In this document: piece after piece, positions 9,051-18,893 of the stretch
How positions within the stretch are numbered: position 1 is the first letter of the stretch
Layout: the number at the start of each line of letters is the position of its first letter
Assembly (NCBI GenBank): GCA_030059665.1
Contig: JANVYR010000001.1
Location: 32,001 to 96,000, forward strand
Length of the DNA: 64,000 nt
Source of the DNA: Candidatus Calditenuis fumarioli
Lineage (GTDB): Archaea > Thermoproteota > Nitrososphaeria_A > Caldarchaeales > Calditenuaceae
Direction: 5' to 3'
Translations under genes and position numbers: made by a program
Notes under the pieces: generated by a model
Seen by the model: only the letters and a program-made list of their open reading frames with translations
What the model was told of the DNA's origin: nothing
Database searches by the model: none

Positions 9051-10022
9051 GTGGTCCTGGTACTGAGCGGGAAGGATGTGAGGTCCCTCATCGGGCCGAG
9101 GGAGGCGCTGTCGGTGGCCACGGAGTTCTTCAGGACCTTCGACGAGGGCGACTACCGGATCCCCGAGAGGACCGTTCTGGCCGATGAAGGTGAAGGGTAC
9201 GTCTGGCTCTTCATGCCCTCCTCCTCGAGGGCCCTTAACGCGCTGGCGCTGAAGGTGGTGAACGAGTACAGGCGGAACCCTGAGCTTGGCCTTCCACACG
9301 CGCAGGGCCTGACGCTGCTTCACGACCTCTCCAACGGAAGACTGCTCTGCCTGCTAGACAGCCACGCGCTGACGCAGGTGAGGACTGCAGCGATGACGTG
9401 CGTCGCCGCGGACCGGCTCTCAAGCGGAGGTGCGGAGGTCCTCGCGGTGATAGGCAGCGGGGATCAGGCGAGGGTCAACGCCGAGTACCTCAAGGAGGTG
9501 CTGAGGCCGTCGTCGATCAGGGTCTACAGCAGGAGCAGGGAGAGGAGGGAGGCCTTCGCGGCAGAGCTGGAGCGGTTGCTCGGGATCGAGGTGACCGTTT
9601 GCGGTTCGCCCTCGGAGGCCTTGAAGGGAGCTGATGCGGTGCTGACCGCGACCAACTCGGCGACCCCGGTCCTGAACGGCGATGACCTTGAGGAGGACGC
9701 CCTCGTGATGAGCCTCGGAGCACTGCCCACCAGGAGGGAGCTGGACCTGCGCACCTTCGAGAGGACCTCTTTCGTCTGCGCCGACAGGAGGGCGAGCGTC
9801 GTGAAGGAGGCGGGAGACGTGATCGAGGCTCTCCGTCGTGGAGTTCTGAGGGAGGATGAGATCGCGGAGCTCCCGGAGGTCGTCAGGGGATCCAAAGAGC
9901 CCGTGACGTCGGGGATCAGGGTCTACAAGTCCGTCGGTTTCGCGGCGATAGACCTGTTCTTCTCATTGAGGCTGTACGAGATGGCCCGCGACCGGAAGGT
10001 GGGACGCGAGGTCGAGCTCTAG
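9051..10022 (+). CDS. Ornithine cyclodeaminase/mu-crystallin family protein
   Basis: LFMPS, ALKVV, LTQVRTAA, AVIGSGDQA, TATNS.TPV, E.GD, YKSVG.A..D. Confidence 0.88.
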   Translation: MVLVLSGKDVRSLIGPREALSVATEFFRTFDEGDYRIPERTVLADEGEGYVWLFMPSSSRALNALALKVVNEYRRNPELGLPHAQGLTLLHDLSNGRLLCLLDSHALTQVRTAAMTCVAADRLSSGGAEVLAVIGSGDQARVNAEYLKEVLRPSSIRVYSRSRERREAFAAELERLLGIEVTVCGSPSEALKGADAVLTATNSATPVLNGDDLEEDALVMSLGALPTRRELDLRTFERTSFVCADRRASVVKEAGDVIEALRRGVLREDEIAELPEVVRGSKEPVTSGIRVYKSVGFAAIDLFFSLRLYEMARDRKVGREVEL

Positions 10023-11146
10023 AGGGTGCTCGGCAGACCGAGGCCGCGGTGAGCGATGTAGGCCAGCGCGATTTCCTGCGTGACCGGCCCCGCCATCAGA
10101 ACCCAGACCTCCCTCACCAGCCTCTCGACGGTCGTCCCCTTTAGGAAGCCGTGACCGGCGAAGACCCTCATCGCGGTCGAGACCGATTCCATCGCGACCT
10201 CAGCGCCGAGGTACTTGGCAGCCATCGCGTCCACCTCGACCGATTCACCTCTATCGAACCTCTCCGCCACCTGGAGCACGTACGCCTTGAGGGCCGAGAG
10301 CTTAGCGCTGATCGCCGCGAGCGGTAGCTGTACCCCCTGGTTAGCGCCTATTGGTCTTCCGAAGGCCCTCCTCGAGGAAGCCCACCTGATGGCCCTCGAG
10401 AGCGCGAGCTCAGCAATGCCCGCACCGACAGCGCCGTACGCTATCCTGTCGGCCACGAGAGCCCTGGAGAGCGCGACCCAGCCCGCACCCGGCTCGCCGA
10501 TCACGTCCTCCTCTCCCACCGTGCAGCCCTTCAGCACCAGCTCTCCCACCGGAAGATGACCCATAGAGAGCGATGGCCTCACTGCGAACTCGACCCCGGG
10601 ACTCGACTTATCGAGGAGGAAGAGCGTCAACCCCTTCCACCACCTACCGCCCTCAGGCTCGGAGGTCCTGCAGAGGACGAGGTAGTGCGTGGCCCTGATG
10701 AGGTTAGCCACGAGGAACTTCCTGCCCTCGATGACGTACCCGGAACCGGACCTTCGAGCACGTGCCCCGATGCCCGACGGGTCAGATCCGGCCTGCTCCT
10801 CGGTCACCGCGAGCCCGCAGAGGTAACGCCCCTCCGCAAGGCCCCTCAGGAATTCCCTGTGCCTGTCTTTTCCGAAGGACTCTATCACCTTCCCCGCGAG
10901 GTTGTTGCTGATCAGGGGGTAGACGCCGATCCCCGCACCGGACGAGACGATGCCCATCACCGCCTCGCAGAGCTCCCTCAGGCCCATCCCGAGCCCCCCG
11001 CTCTCGCGGGACAGAATCAGTCCTGGCACCCTCCGCTCCGAGACGTGCCTCCAGAACTCCTCCGGGAACCTGCCCTGCGCCTCGCACCCGTTCCAGTAAT
11101 CGTCTCCGAAGGGGCTCAGGTCCAGACCATCGACTATTGACGACAT
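10019..11146 (-). CDS. Acyl-CoA dehydrogenase family protein
   Basis: GGLGMG, LAVTEEQAGSD, GRKFLV, R.AFGRPIGANQGVQLPLA, FAGHGF, ERLVRE; ATG 11146 preferred. Confidence 0.88.
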   Translation of the reverse strand: MSSIVDGLDLSPFGDDYWNGCEAQGRFPEEFWRHVSERRVPGLILSRESGGLGMGLRELCEAVMGIVSSGAGIGVYPLISNNLAGKVIESFGKDRHREFLRGLAEGRYLCGLAVTEEQAGSDPSGIGARARRSGSGYVIEGRKFLVANLIRATHYLVLCRTSEPEGGRWWKGLTLFLLDKSSPGVEFAVRPSLSMGHLPVGELVLKGCTVGEEDVIGEPGAGWVALSRALVADRIAYGAVGAGIAELALSRAIRWASSRRAFGRPIGANQGVQLPLAAISAKLSALKAYVLQVAERFDRGESVEVDAMAAKYLGAEVAMESVSTAMRVFAGHGFLKGTTVERLVREVWVLMAGPVTQEIALAYIAHRGLGLPSTL

Positions 11147-11201
11147 TTCACCCGCCTTCTCGCTCGACCCGGGTAAAAAGTTGGTCGATCGCCACGTCAA
11201 G

Positions 11202-11209
11202 ATATAATA
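11202..11209 (+). promoter_or_regulatory. TATA box of liv-type ABC operon
   Basis: ATATAATA about 27 nt upstream of ATG 11236 (leaderless geometry). Confidence 0.5.
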
Positions 11210-11235
11210 GCTGGACAGTGGGGAATCTCAGTGCT

Positions 11236-12564
11236 ATGGCGACGGCCACTTCCTCAAAACCCTCGAGGAAGACGCTTTACATCGCGGTCGGAGTCGTGAT
11301 CGTGATCGCGCTGATAGCCGCTGCGGTCCTCGTGGTGATGAACCCGTTCCAGCAACAGCAGAAGGAGATCGTCATAGGGCTTTCACTTCCCCTGACGAAC
11401 CCTGTCGGCATCCACGCGCGTAAGGCGGCCGAGCTAGCGGTGGAGGAGATCAACGCCGCGGGTGGTGTCAGGCTCAAGGACGGAGTTTACAGGCTGAGGC
11501 TCGTTGCGGAGGACACGAACGAGATGGACCCGCTGATCCCGGTAGACCAGGGTGTTGCTGCCTTCAAGCGGCTGATCGAAGTCCACGGAGCTCAAGTGAT
11601 CGTCGGCGGCGTTAGGACGGACGTCGTCGTCGCACAGACGCAGCTCCTCTCCCAGTACAAGATCGTGTACCTCGACATTGAGTCGAACCAGGGCATCGTC
11701 GAGGGCAAGGTCAAGGACGATTACCAGAACTACAAGTACTACTTCCACTTCTTCGGAGGAGGCCCCAAGTCGTCTGCAGGGCCGCTGATCATCGGCTTCC
11801 TCCAGCGGCTTAAGGACATGTCCGCGAAGGACCCGAAGATGCCGGACGTCTCCAAGGTGGCCCTCCTGGCTGAGAACGCCCTCTGGACCGTCGGCCTTGC
11901 GGGGAGGCCAGCAGGTAACTCGACGTTCTTCAAGCGCCTCGCCGACCTCGGTTTCAAGCTGGTCTACGCCGAGCTCTACCCGACCACCGAGTCGGACTTC
12001 TCCAGCTACCTCGCCAAGATGAAGGCCCAGTGCCCTGGAGTGATCGTCTTCCTCTTCTCCGGCCCGCCGGGGATAATCTTCACCAAGCAGTGGCAGGACT
12101 ACGACTGGTCGCCGTGCAAGAAGCCGATAGTCTTCGGTCCAGGGCTGCTCGGAGGGTTCTCCTGGTTCTGGGACCAGACGCAGGGCAAGGCTCAGGGAAC
12201 CATCTGGTGGCCCTCCACCGTCAGGGTCCAGGTGACGCCTAAGACGGTCGAGTTCATCGACAAGTTCAAGCGGAGGTACGGAGAGACGCCGAACACCGCC
12301 GCGATCGACGCCTACGACGCCATCTACGTCCTGAAGGATGCCCTCGAGAGGGCCGGTACATGGCAGGCCGAGGAGCTGGTGAAGGCGCTGGAGCAGACCG
12401 ACTACGTCGGCGTCATGGGCCGGATCAAGTTCTCCAGGGAGAACCACGGCCTCGACTTCACGTACGAGAACATCTACAGGTACTTCGGACAGTGGCAGAA
12501 CGGAGAGCTGGTCCCCGTCTGGGAGAGCACCTGGCCCGAGATAAAGAACCTCCTGATCCCGTAA
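11236..12564 (+). CDS. livK: Branched-chain amino acid-type ABC transporter substrate-binding protein, N-terminal membrane anchor
   Basis: TM anchor, IG..LPLT, AELAVEEINAAGGV, YDAIYVL.DAL.RAG, G.MG.IKF. Confidence 0.85.
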   Translation: MATATSSKPSRKTLYIAVGVVIVIALIAAAVLVVMNPFQQQQKEIVIGLSLPLTNPVGIHARKAAELAVEEINAAGGVRLKDGVYRLRLVAEDTNEMDPLIPVDQGVAAFKRLIEVHGAQVIVGGVRTDVVVAQTQLLSQYKIVYLDIESNQGIVEGKVKDDYQNYKYYFHFFGGGPKSSAGPLIIGFLQRLKDMSAKDPKMPDVSKVALLAENALWTVGLAGRPAGNSTFFKRLADLGFKLVYAELYPTTESDFSSYLAKMKAQCPGVIVFLFSGPPGIIFTKQWQDYDWSPCKKPIVFGPGLLGGFSWFWDQTQGKAQGTIWWPSTVRVQVTPKTVEFIDKFKRRYGETPNTAAIDAYDAIYVLKDALERAGTWQAEELVKALEQTDYVGVMGRIKFSRENHGLDFTYENIYRYFGQWQNGELVPVWESTWPEIKNLLIP

Positions 12565-12582
12565 GCCCTCAGTGACAGCATC

Positions 12583-13440
12583 ATGGCCGAACCGCTCGTC
12601 GTTTTCTTCTACGGTCTCGTCACGAGCCTGATCTTCGCCCTCTACTCCGTGGGCTTCTCGCTCGTCTTCGGCGTGGCGAGGGTGATCGACGCAGCATACG
12701 GGATCTGGTACACGACGGCCGCCTACCTGGTCTACGCCCTGGTGACGAGGTTGCTGCTCCCGCTTCCGGTGACGGTAGTAGTTGTGGTGGCCTCGATGGT
12801 CGCCCTCGGCATCAGCTATTACGCGGTCCTTGTGAGGGGCCTGCAGGAGAAGGTGGAAATGATAATGACCACGTTCCTCGTGGCGCTGATGGCACAGTAC
12901 CTGATAGTTGCGATCTTCACCAACTTCCCGTGGTCTATACCGGCCCTCTTCCCAGGGTCTACGCAGGTCCTCGGAGTCTCCCTCTTCAACCAGCAGGTCG
13001 CCGCGGCGATCACCGCGTTCCTCCTACTGCTCGTCCTCTGGTACCTGGTCTACCGGACGAAGATGGGGCTCGCGATAAGGGCGGTCGCCCAGGACAAGGA
13101 GGCGGCCCTCCTCATGGGCATCAACCCCGACAGGGTGATGGCCTTCACGCTGGCGCTCTCCTGCTCCCTCGCAGGGATAGCGGCTCTTCTTCAGGCTCCC
13201 AACTCGGTGATCTCACCGACGATGGGCTGGCCGATGCTGACCCTCGCCTTCGCGGTGGTGGTCCTCGGGGGAATGGGGGACTTCTTCGGAGCCATCATAG
13301 CTAGCTTCATCATAGGATTCTCCTACCAGCTGATAACTAACCTGGTCAACCCGCTCTACTCGATGGCCGCGGCGCTCGCCATGATCCTCCTCGTCCTCTG
13401 GCTGAGGCCCAGGGGCCTCTTCGGGAGGTCGCTGGAGTGA
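12583..13440 (+). CDS. livH: Branched-chain amino acid ABC permease
   Basis: GFSLVFGV, RTKMGLAIRAVAQD.EAA.LMGI, VVVLGGMG. Confidence 0.88.
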   Translation: MAEPLVVFFYGLVTSLIFALYSVGFSLVFGVARVIDAAYGIWYTTAAYLVYALVTRLLLPLPVTVVVVVASMVALGISYYAVLVRGLQEKVEMIMTTFLVALMAQYLIVAIFTNFPWSIPALFPGSTQVLGVSLFNQQVAAAITAFLLLLVLWYLVYRTKMGLAIRAVAQDKEAALLMGINPDRVMAFTLALSCSLAGIAALLQAPNSVISPTMGWPMLTLAFAVVVLGGMGDFFGAIIASFIIGFSYQLITNLVNPLYSMAAALAMILLVLWLRPRGLFGRSLE

Positions 13441-14357
13441 TGTCAGCCGTCAGACCCTCGCACCTCGCGGGCATCGCGTTGCTGGTGGTGCTCGCCGTGC
13501 TACCAGCGCTGCCTGGGATGAGGGCGCTGCTCTTCCCGCTGACGCTCACCAACATAATGGCCACACTGGCGATAGCCTGGAACCTCCTCTTCGGCTACGC
13601 GGGCCTCCTCAGCCTGGGTCACTCGTTCTTCTTCGGTGCTGCGGGCTACGCCTCCGCGATCCTCTCGAAGAGCTACGGGATACCGGTACCGGTCGCGATG
13701 GTCATCGGCGCAGCGGTCTCCTCCGGCATCGCAGCCCTCGTCGGCCTCCCGAGCTTGAAGCTTAGGGGCCACTACTTCGTGCTGGTGACGCTCGTCCTCC
13801 CAGCGGTTGCTTACCAGCTGACGAACGCTCTGGACGTCCTCGGAGGCCACGACGGGATCTTCGGGGTACCGCCCCTTGTCAGGGACTCCTACGCGGTCTA
13901 CCTCGGCAGCCTTTTCCTCATGCTCGCATCGCTGGTCGCATCCGCGTTCGTGATCAGGTCCCGGTTGGGGGTGGAGATGATCTCGGTGAGGGAGGACGAG
14001 GAGGCAGCGAAGGCCCTTGGCGTCGACACGCCGAGGGTCAAGCTGTACGCGCTGATGATCAGCGCCTTCCTCTCCGGCCTCGCGGGAGCCTACTGGGCCC
14101 ACCTCAACGGCGTCATCAGCCCATCGGTCTACGAGCTGGAGAAGGCGAGCATGCCACTGCTGATGAGCGTTCTGGGAGGGAAGGGCACGCTCCTCGGACC
14201 GGTGATCGGAGCATACGTGATCCAGACGCTCTTCGAGTCGCTGAAGATCGAGGCTATAGCGACGGCCAGGCTCTTCGTCTTCGCCGCAGCCACCTTCGCG
14301 ATCTACAGGATCTTCCCGCAGGGCCTCATGGGCGTGCTGAGGCGGGTGATAGGTTGA
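13437..14357 (+). CDS. livM: Branched-chain amino acid ABC permease
   Basis: WNLLFGYAGLLSLGH..FFG, LRGHYF.LVTL, REDEEAA..LGV, VLGGKGT..GP. Confidence 0.88.
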   Translation: MMSAVRPSHLAGIALLVVLAVLPALPGMRALLFPLTLTNIMATLAIAWNLLFGYAGLLSLGHSFFFGAAGYASAILSKSYGIPVPVAMVIGAAVSSGIAALVGLPSLKLRGHYFVLVTLVLPAVAYQLTNALDVLGGHDGIFGVPPLVRDSYAVYLGSLFLMLASLVASAFVIRSRLGVEMISVREDEEAAKALGVDTPRVKLYALMISAFLSGLAGAYWAHLNGVISPSVYELEKASMPLLMSVLGGKGTLLGPVIGAYVIQTLFESLKIEAIATARLFVFAAATFAIYRIFPQGLMGVLRRVIG

Positions 14358-15076
14358 GCGAGGTCCTGGTGACTCGGGACCTGAGGAAGTCCTTCGGCGG
14401 GATCGCTGCGGTCAACGGCGTCGACCTCACGGTCAGGGAGGGCGAGCTGACGGCGATCATAGGCCCGAACGGCGCGGGCAAGACCACGCTCTTCAACCTC
14501 ATCACGGGCTTCGAGCGGCCCGACTCGGGGAAGGTCTACTTCATGGGACGGGACGTGACCGGCGAGAAGCCGTATAATTTGGCGAGGATGGGGCTCATCA
14601 GGACCTTCCAGATCGTGAGGCCCCTCAGGAACCTGACCGTTCTCCAGAACGTTCTGATAGGGTGCAGGGTGCGGGGACTAGGTCCTGAAGCCGCAGAGGA
14701 GAGTCTCAGGGCCGTCGGGCTCTGGGAGAAGAGGGACGTCCTCGCGTCGCTACTGACGCACGGCGAGCTGAAGAAGCTCGAGCTGGCCAGGGCCCTCGCG
14801 ATGAGGCCGAAGCTGCTGCTCTTGGACGAGCCCCTGGGAGGCCTGACCTTCTCCGAGGCGGAGGAGGTGACCGGCGCTATCCGGGAGGCGAACGCTAACG
14901 GCACCACGGTCGTTCTGGTGGAGCACCGGCTGAGGGAGACCTTCAGGATCGTGAGGAGGGTCGTGGTGATGAACCAGGGGAGGATCATCTACGACGGCCT
15001 GCCCGAGAACGTGGCGAAGACCGAGGAGGTCGTGAAGGCGTACATGGGAGGGAGGGGGTGGGTCCTCGGGACCTGA
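14354..15076 (+). CDS. livG: Branched-chain amino acid ABC ATPase
   Basis: GPNGAGKTT, RTFQIVRP, LLLDEP, LVEH, V.KAYMG. Confidence 0.9.
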   Translation: MSEVLVTRDLRKSFGGIAAVNGVDLTVREGELTAIIGPNGAGKTTLFNLITGFERPDSGKVYFMGRDVTGEKPYNLARMGLIRTFQIVRPLRNLTVLQNVLIGCRVRGLGPEAAEESLRAVGLWEKRDVLASLLTHGELKKLELARALAMRPKLLLLDEPLGGLTFSEAEEVTGAIREANANGTTVVLVEHRLRETFRIVRRVVVMNQGRIIYDGLPENVAKTEEVVKAYMGGRGWVLGT

Positions 15077-15157
15077 CCTGGAACCGCACCGTCCGCTCAA
15101 CTCCAGCACGATCTAACGCCAATATCCCGGATTGGACTGTCAACTTCACGGACTTCC

Positions 15158-15730
15158 TTGATCGCGGAGGCGCTCTCTAGGGTGTTTGCCCGGATCTGGA
15201 GGATCGAGCCGTACAGGTTCTGGACTCACAAATGCGCGCTCGTCGGTGCGGTCTCGAGAGGCGCTGAGAGGGTCCTGGACGTCGGATGCGGGCCTCGCCT
15301 CTACAGGAACTGCTGCGAAGCGGTGGAGTACGTGGGCCTCGACCTCCATGGCAGACCGGAGGTCATCGGATCCGCATCAGCGCTCCCCTTCAGGGACGGA
15401 TCGTTCGACGCCGTGGTCGCGATGGACGTGCTGGAGCACGTGGAGGAGATCGACGCTGCAGCCTCCGAGTGCCACCGCGTTCTGAGGGAAGGCGGAAGAC
15501 TACTTCTGGTGACGCCCAATGCGCTCGGCTTCGGCACCTTCGACAGCCTCGCGGACCCGACGCACAGGCACCACCTGACCTGGAGGAGCGCGACCGAGCT
15601 CCTGACGAGGGCCGGTTTCAGAAGGCTCTCGAGCGTGACAACGCAGCTCCACGTCTTCCCGCCTCTCAACCGCCGGGTGAGAAGCCTCACCTTCTTGCAG
15701 CAGTCCGTCTGCCTGATCGCGACGAAATGA
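15158..15730 (+). CDS. Class I SAM-dependent methyltransferase (type 11)
   Basis: VLDVGCG, LPFRDGSFDAVV..DVLEHV, RVLREGG.L...TPN; TTG start. Confidence 0.8.
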   Translation: MIAEALSRVFARIWRIEPYRFWTHKCALVGAVSRGAERVLDVGCGPRLYRNCCEAVEYVGLDLHGRPEVIGSASALPFRDGSFDAVVAMDVLEHVEEIDAAASECHRVLREGGRLLLVTPNALGFGTFDSLADPTHRHHLTWRSATELLTRAGFRRLSSVTTQLHVFPPLNRRVRSLTFLQQSVCLIATK

Positions 15731-16734
15731 ACGTGATCGGCAGGTTCCTCCGGTCGCCGCTCGCGGGCCTACTCATCGCTGGCGTAGTGATCCCTTTGGT
15801 CCTGCTGAGGGCCGGGGGAATAGGGCTGGAGGACCTGATGGACGTGGGGCCGGATCTTCTGGCAACGTCGCTGGCGCTGAACGGGCTCAGGTTCCTCGCG
15901 CAGGGCATGAGGCTCCACGCGCTCCTCAACGCAGCGGGCGTCCGGCAAAAGCTAACCCGCTCCGTGCTTATACGTGGAGCGAGCGAGTTCTTCGCGCTGA
16001 CCGTCTTCCCCTTCGGCGCCGACGAGGCCTTCAGGACGGCCGTTCTCACGCGGCTCGGCCTCAGCGTCTGGACCTCCCTCAGGATCGCGTTCGCGGAGCT
16101 GATCTTCGACGTGATGGTCGTCGCGCCCTTCGCTTTGGTAGCAGGAACCATAGCCCTCTCGGCCGGTAACGCCCACCTCGCCGCCTTACTCATACCGGTC
16201 GCGTCTGTCCAGCTGACGTTCTCGCTCGCGATCTCCAGCGTGGTCCTGAAGGGCACCGTCCCGAGGTCGAGGGTGATCGGGTGGGTGAGCTCGGTGACGT
16301 CGAGGTTCAGGGTCGGTGGCCTCAACCGCCCGGTGAGTGAGGAAGGGTGGACCGATGACCGCTCGGACCTCCGGAAACCCCAGCTCGTCGCGTCGATGAC
16401 GCTCCTCTCGTTGGCCGTGATGCTCGCCCACGCGGTTCTTCTTCAGCTAGCGCTGAGCTCCTGGGGCATCGACCTCATCGTGGCCGTCATCGCCTTCTCC
16501 TCCGGCGGCGTTCTCGGATCGCTTCCCGTTACCGTGGGCGGAGCTGGCCTGACCGAGGCCGGGATACACCTCGCGCTCAGGTCCCTCTTCGGCGTCGACG
16601 ACCTGGAGGCCGTGCTGAAGTGGCGGCTGATGACCTACCACGTCTGCCTCGCCCTCTCGGCGCTCATTTTGCTCCTCTACGGCAGGAGAGTTAGGCAAGC
16701 TCCCGCGATCGGCGAGTCTCCCTCTGCCAGATGA
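15727..16734 (+). CDS. Lysylphosphatidylglycerol synthase TM-region / UPF0104 flippase-like membrane protein
   Basis: Multi-TM; G.DEAFR..., PVTVGGAGLTEAG, WRLMTY; ATG overlaps upstream stop. Confidence 0.7.
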   Translation: MNVIGRFLRSPLAGLLIAGVVIPLVLLRAGGIGLEDLMDVGPDLLATSLALNGLRFLAQGMRLHALLNAAGVRQKLTRSVLIRGASEFFALTVFPFGADEAFRTAVLTRLGLSVWTSLRIAFAELIFDVMVVAPFALVAGTIALSAGNAHLAALLIPVASVQLTFSLAISSVVLKGTVPRSRVIGWVSSVTSRFRVGGLNRPVSEEGWTDDRSDLRKPQLVASMTLLSLAVMLAHAVLLQLALSSWGIDLIVAVIAFSSGGVLGSLPVTVGGAGLTEAGIHLALRSLFGVDDLEAVLKWRLMTYHVCLALSALILLLYGRRVRQAPAIGESPSAR

Positions 16735-17858
16735 AACCCCTCAAGCTCCGTGATAGGTTTTTGTCAGCTGGCTCACATTACATTGACGTGGCAATCCGCA
16801 TCCCCCTCAGGATCGAGCGGAGGCTCGAGGTCCCCGCCTCGGTCTCGCTCGCTATGACGGTCGTCTTCCTGGCCCTCGCGCTCCTCTTCGCGGCGTTCCT
16901 GATGCAGGCGCTCGGCATCGACGCGATGAGCGTCCTCCACCAGATCGCCACCGTCTTCACCACGCGGGAGCTCCTCACCGCGGCGTTCCTCCGCTCAGTC
17001 CCGATCGGGCTGGCTGCCGTGGGCCTCACCGTCTCCTTCAGGGCCAACTTCTGGAACATAGGCGCCGAGGGGCAGATGTTCATGGGGATGTTCGCCTCCA
17101 CGGGAATCGTGCTGCTGCACGCCTACTACGGCCTCATCCCAGGCTGGGCCCTCCTGCCGGCGATGGCCGCTGCCTCCTTCGTCGCCGGGGGCCTCTACTG
17201 TGCGCTTAGTGGGGTGCTGAGGTCGAAGCTCGGCGTCAACGAGGTCCTGACGACCCTGATGATGAACTTCATCGCCATCCTCTTCGTCGACTACCTGGTG
17301 TACGGCCCCTGGAGGGACCCGAGGGGGTACGGCTTCCCGCTCTCGATACCGTTCCCTCCCGAGGCGAGGTTCGGTGGGCTGATGGGGGAGGCCTATGAGG
17401 GCCTGGCGCTGCTTGCGGTGCTCGCGGTTCTGACCCACCTGCTGATGACCCGCACCACCTTCGGCGTCGACGTCAAGGTCGTCGGCGAGAACCCCTACAT
17501 CGCTGGGATCGCTGGCGTCCGAATCCCGAGGACCTACTTCCTCGTGAACCTGATCAGCGGCGGCCTCGCGGGCCTAGCGGGCTTCTTCCTGCTCTCGGGC
17601 ATCATCGGACGTCTGAGGCCCCGCGCCTCACCAGGGTACGGATACACCGCCATCATCATAGCCTTCCTCGCAGGCCTTCACCCGATCCTCGCGATCCCTG
17701 CGGCGGTCTTCATGGGCGGACTGATAGTTGCGGGCGACGTCCTTCAGGCGACGTTGAACCTGCCCTTCGCGGCCGTTCAGCTGCTCCAGTCCACGATCTT
17801 CGTGATGATCGTCGTGGCCGAGTTCGTCAAGCGGTACCGGATCATCTGGAGGTGGTGA
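16731..17858 (+). CDS. BMP-family (nucleoside/sugar) ABC permease
   Basis: WNIGAEGQ, GVNEVLTTLMMN, GYGYTAIIIAFL. Confidence 0.87.
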   Translation: MKPLKLRDRFLSAGSHYIDVAIRIPLRIERRLEVPASVSLAMTVVFLALALLFAAFLMQALGIDAMSVLHQIATVFTTRELLTAAFLRSVPIGLAAVGLTVSFRANFWNIGAEGQMFMGMFASTGIVLLHAYYGLIPGWALLPAMAAASFVAGGLYCALSGVLRSKLGVNEVLTTLMMNFIAILFVDYLVYGPWRDPRGYGFPLSIPFPPEARFGGLMGEAYEGLALLAVLAVLTHLLMTRTTFGVDVKVVGENPYIAGIAGVRIPRTYFLVNLISGGLAGLAGFFLLSGIIGRLRPRASPGYGYTAIIIAFLAGLHPILAIPAAVFMGGLIVAGDVLQATLNLPFAAVQLLQSTIFVMIVVAEFVKRYRIIWRW

Positions 17859-17861
17859 GGC

Positions 17862-18842
17862 GTGGTGGAGCTCTCCTGGATCGAGGGCGTACTGGCCCTG
17901 ACCGTCCAGTTCGGGACCGTTTACCTGCTCGCGTCGCTCGGCGAGATCTACGCCGAGAGGAGCGGTATCCTGAACCTGGGCATGGAGGGGATGATGATAG
18001 TGGGCGCGGCGATCGCCTTCGTCTTCACCAACGCGCTCGGCCACCTCCTGAGCCTCGTCTCGGTCGTCCTGATAGGCGCGCTGATGGGGCTGCTTCTGGC
18101 GTTCCTGGTGGTGACGCTCCGGCTCAACCAGGTCGTGGTCGGCCTGGCCCTTACGCTCTTCGGCTACGGTCTCAGCGGCCTGCTCACCCAGCCCGCGATA
18201 AGGGCGCGGATCATGAGGGCTCTTAACCCGGAGGTCCCGGAGGTGAGGATCGTCACGCAGCAGGCCGAGGCCCTCAGGGCCGTGAAGGTCCCCGTCCTCT
18301 CGGATATACCGGTTGTGGGGCCGGTCCTCTTCTCCCAGAACGCGCTGGTCTACTTCGCCCTAATCGCGGCCGTGGTCATGTGGTTCGTCCTCTTCAGGAC
18401 CTCGATCGGTCTGGCCATCAGGTCCGTAGGAGAGAACCCCTCGATGGCCGACTCGTTGGGGATCAACGTCTTCAGGATCAGGTACGTCACCTCGGTGATC
18501 GCCGGCGTCATGGGAGCTCTCGCGGGCGCATACCTCTTCATCGGCTACCAGCCCTTCTGGGTCGAGATGATGACCAACGGCAGGGGGTTCATCGCGCTGG
18601 CCCTGGTGATCCTGGCCTCCTGGAGCCCCATCAGGGCGGTCTTCGGGTCCCTCCTCTTCGGGGGTGTGGAGGTGATCCAGTTCAGGCTTCAGCTCTTCGG
18701 CTTCGCGGCCCAGACGCCGCAGTTCGTGCTGATGCTTCCGTACGTCGTCGCGATAGTGACCCTGACCGTCCTCTCCGTCGAGAGCGTGAGGAAAAGGCTG
18801 GGCGTCCCCGAGGCGCTCGGAAAGCCGTACTATCGCGAGTGA
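17862..18842 (+). CDS. BMP-family ABC permease
   Basis: GEIYAERSGILNLGMEGMM, RSVGENP..ADSLGINV, GRGFIALA, MLPY. Confidence 0.88.
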   Translation: MVELSWIEGVLALTVQFGTVYLLASLGEIYAERSGILNLGMEGMMIVGAAIAFVFTNALGHLLSLVSVVLIGALMGLLLAFLVVTLRLNQVVVGLALTLFGYGLSGLLTQPAIRARIMRALNPEVPEVRIVTQQAEALRAVKVPVLSDIPVVGPVLFSQNALVYFALIAAVVMWFVLFRTSIGLAIRSVGENPSMADSLGINVFRIRYVTSVIAGVMGALAGAYLFIGYQPFWVEMMTNGRGFIALALVILASWSPIRAVFGSLLFGGVEVIQFRLQLFGFAAQTPQFVLMLPYVVAIVTLTVLSVESVRKRLGVPEALGKPYYRE

Positions 18843-18893
18843 CGTCGGGGGAAGAGCGGAAACGGAAAAATGGGCAACAACAGACCGGAAGCC

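Noticed and set aside
9043-9100. GATGA...CTGA...GGATGTGA...CCGA pattern resembling a C/D sRNA
   Set aside because: Lies almost wholly in the cyclodeaminase coding start, with degenerate C' and D boxes; likely chance
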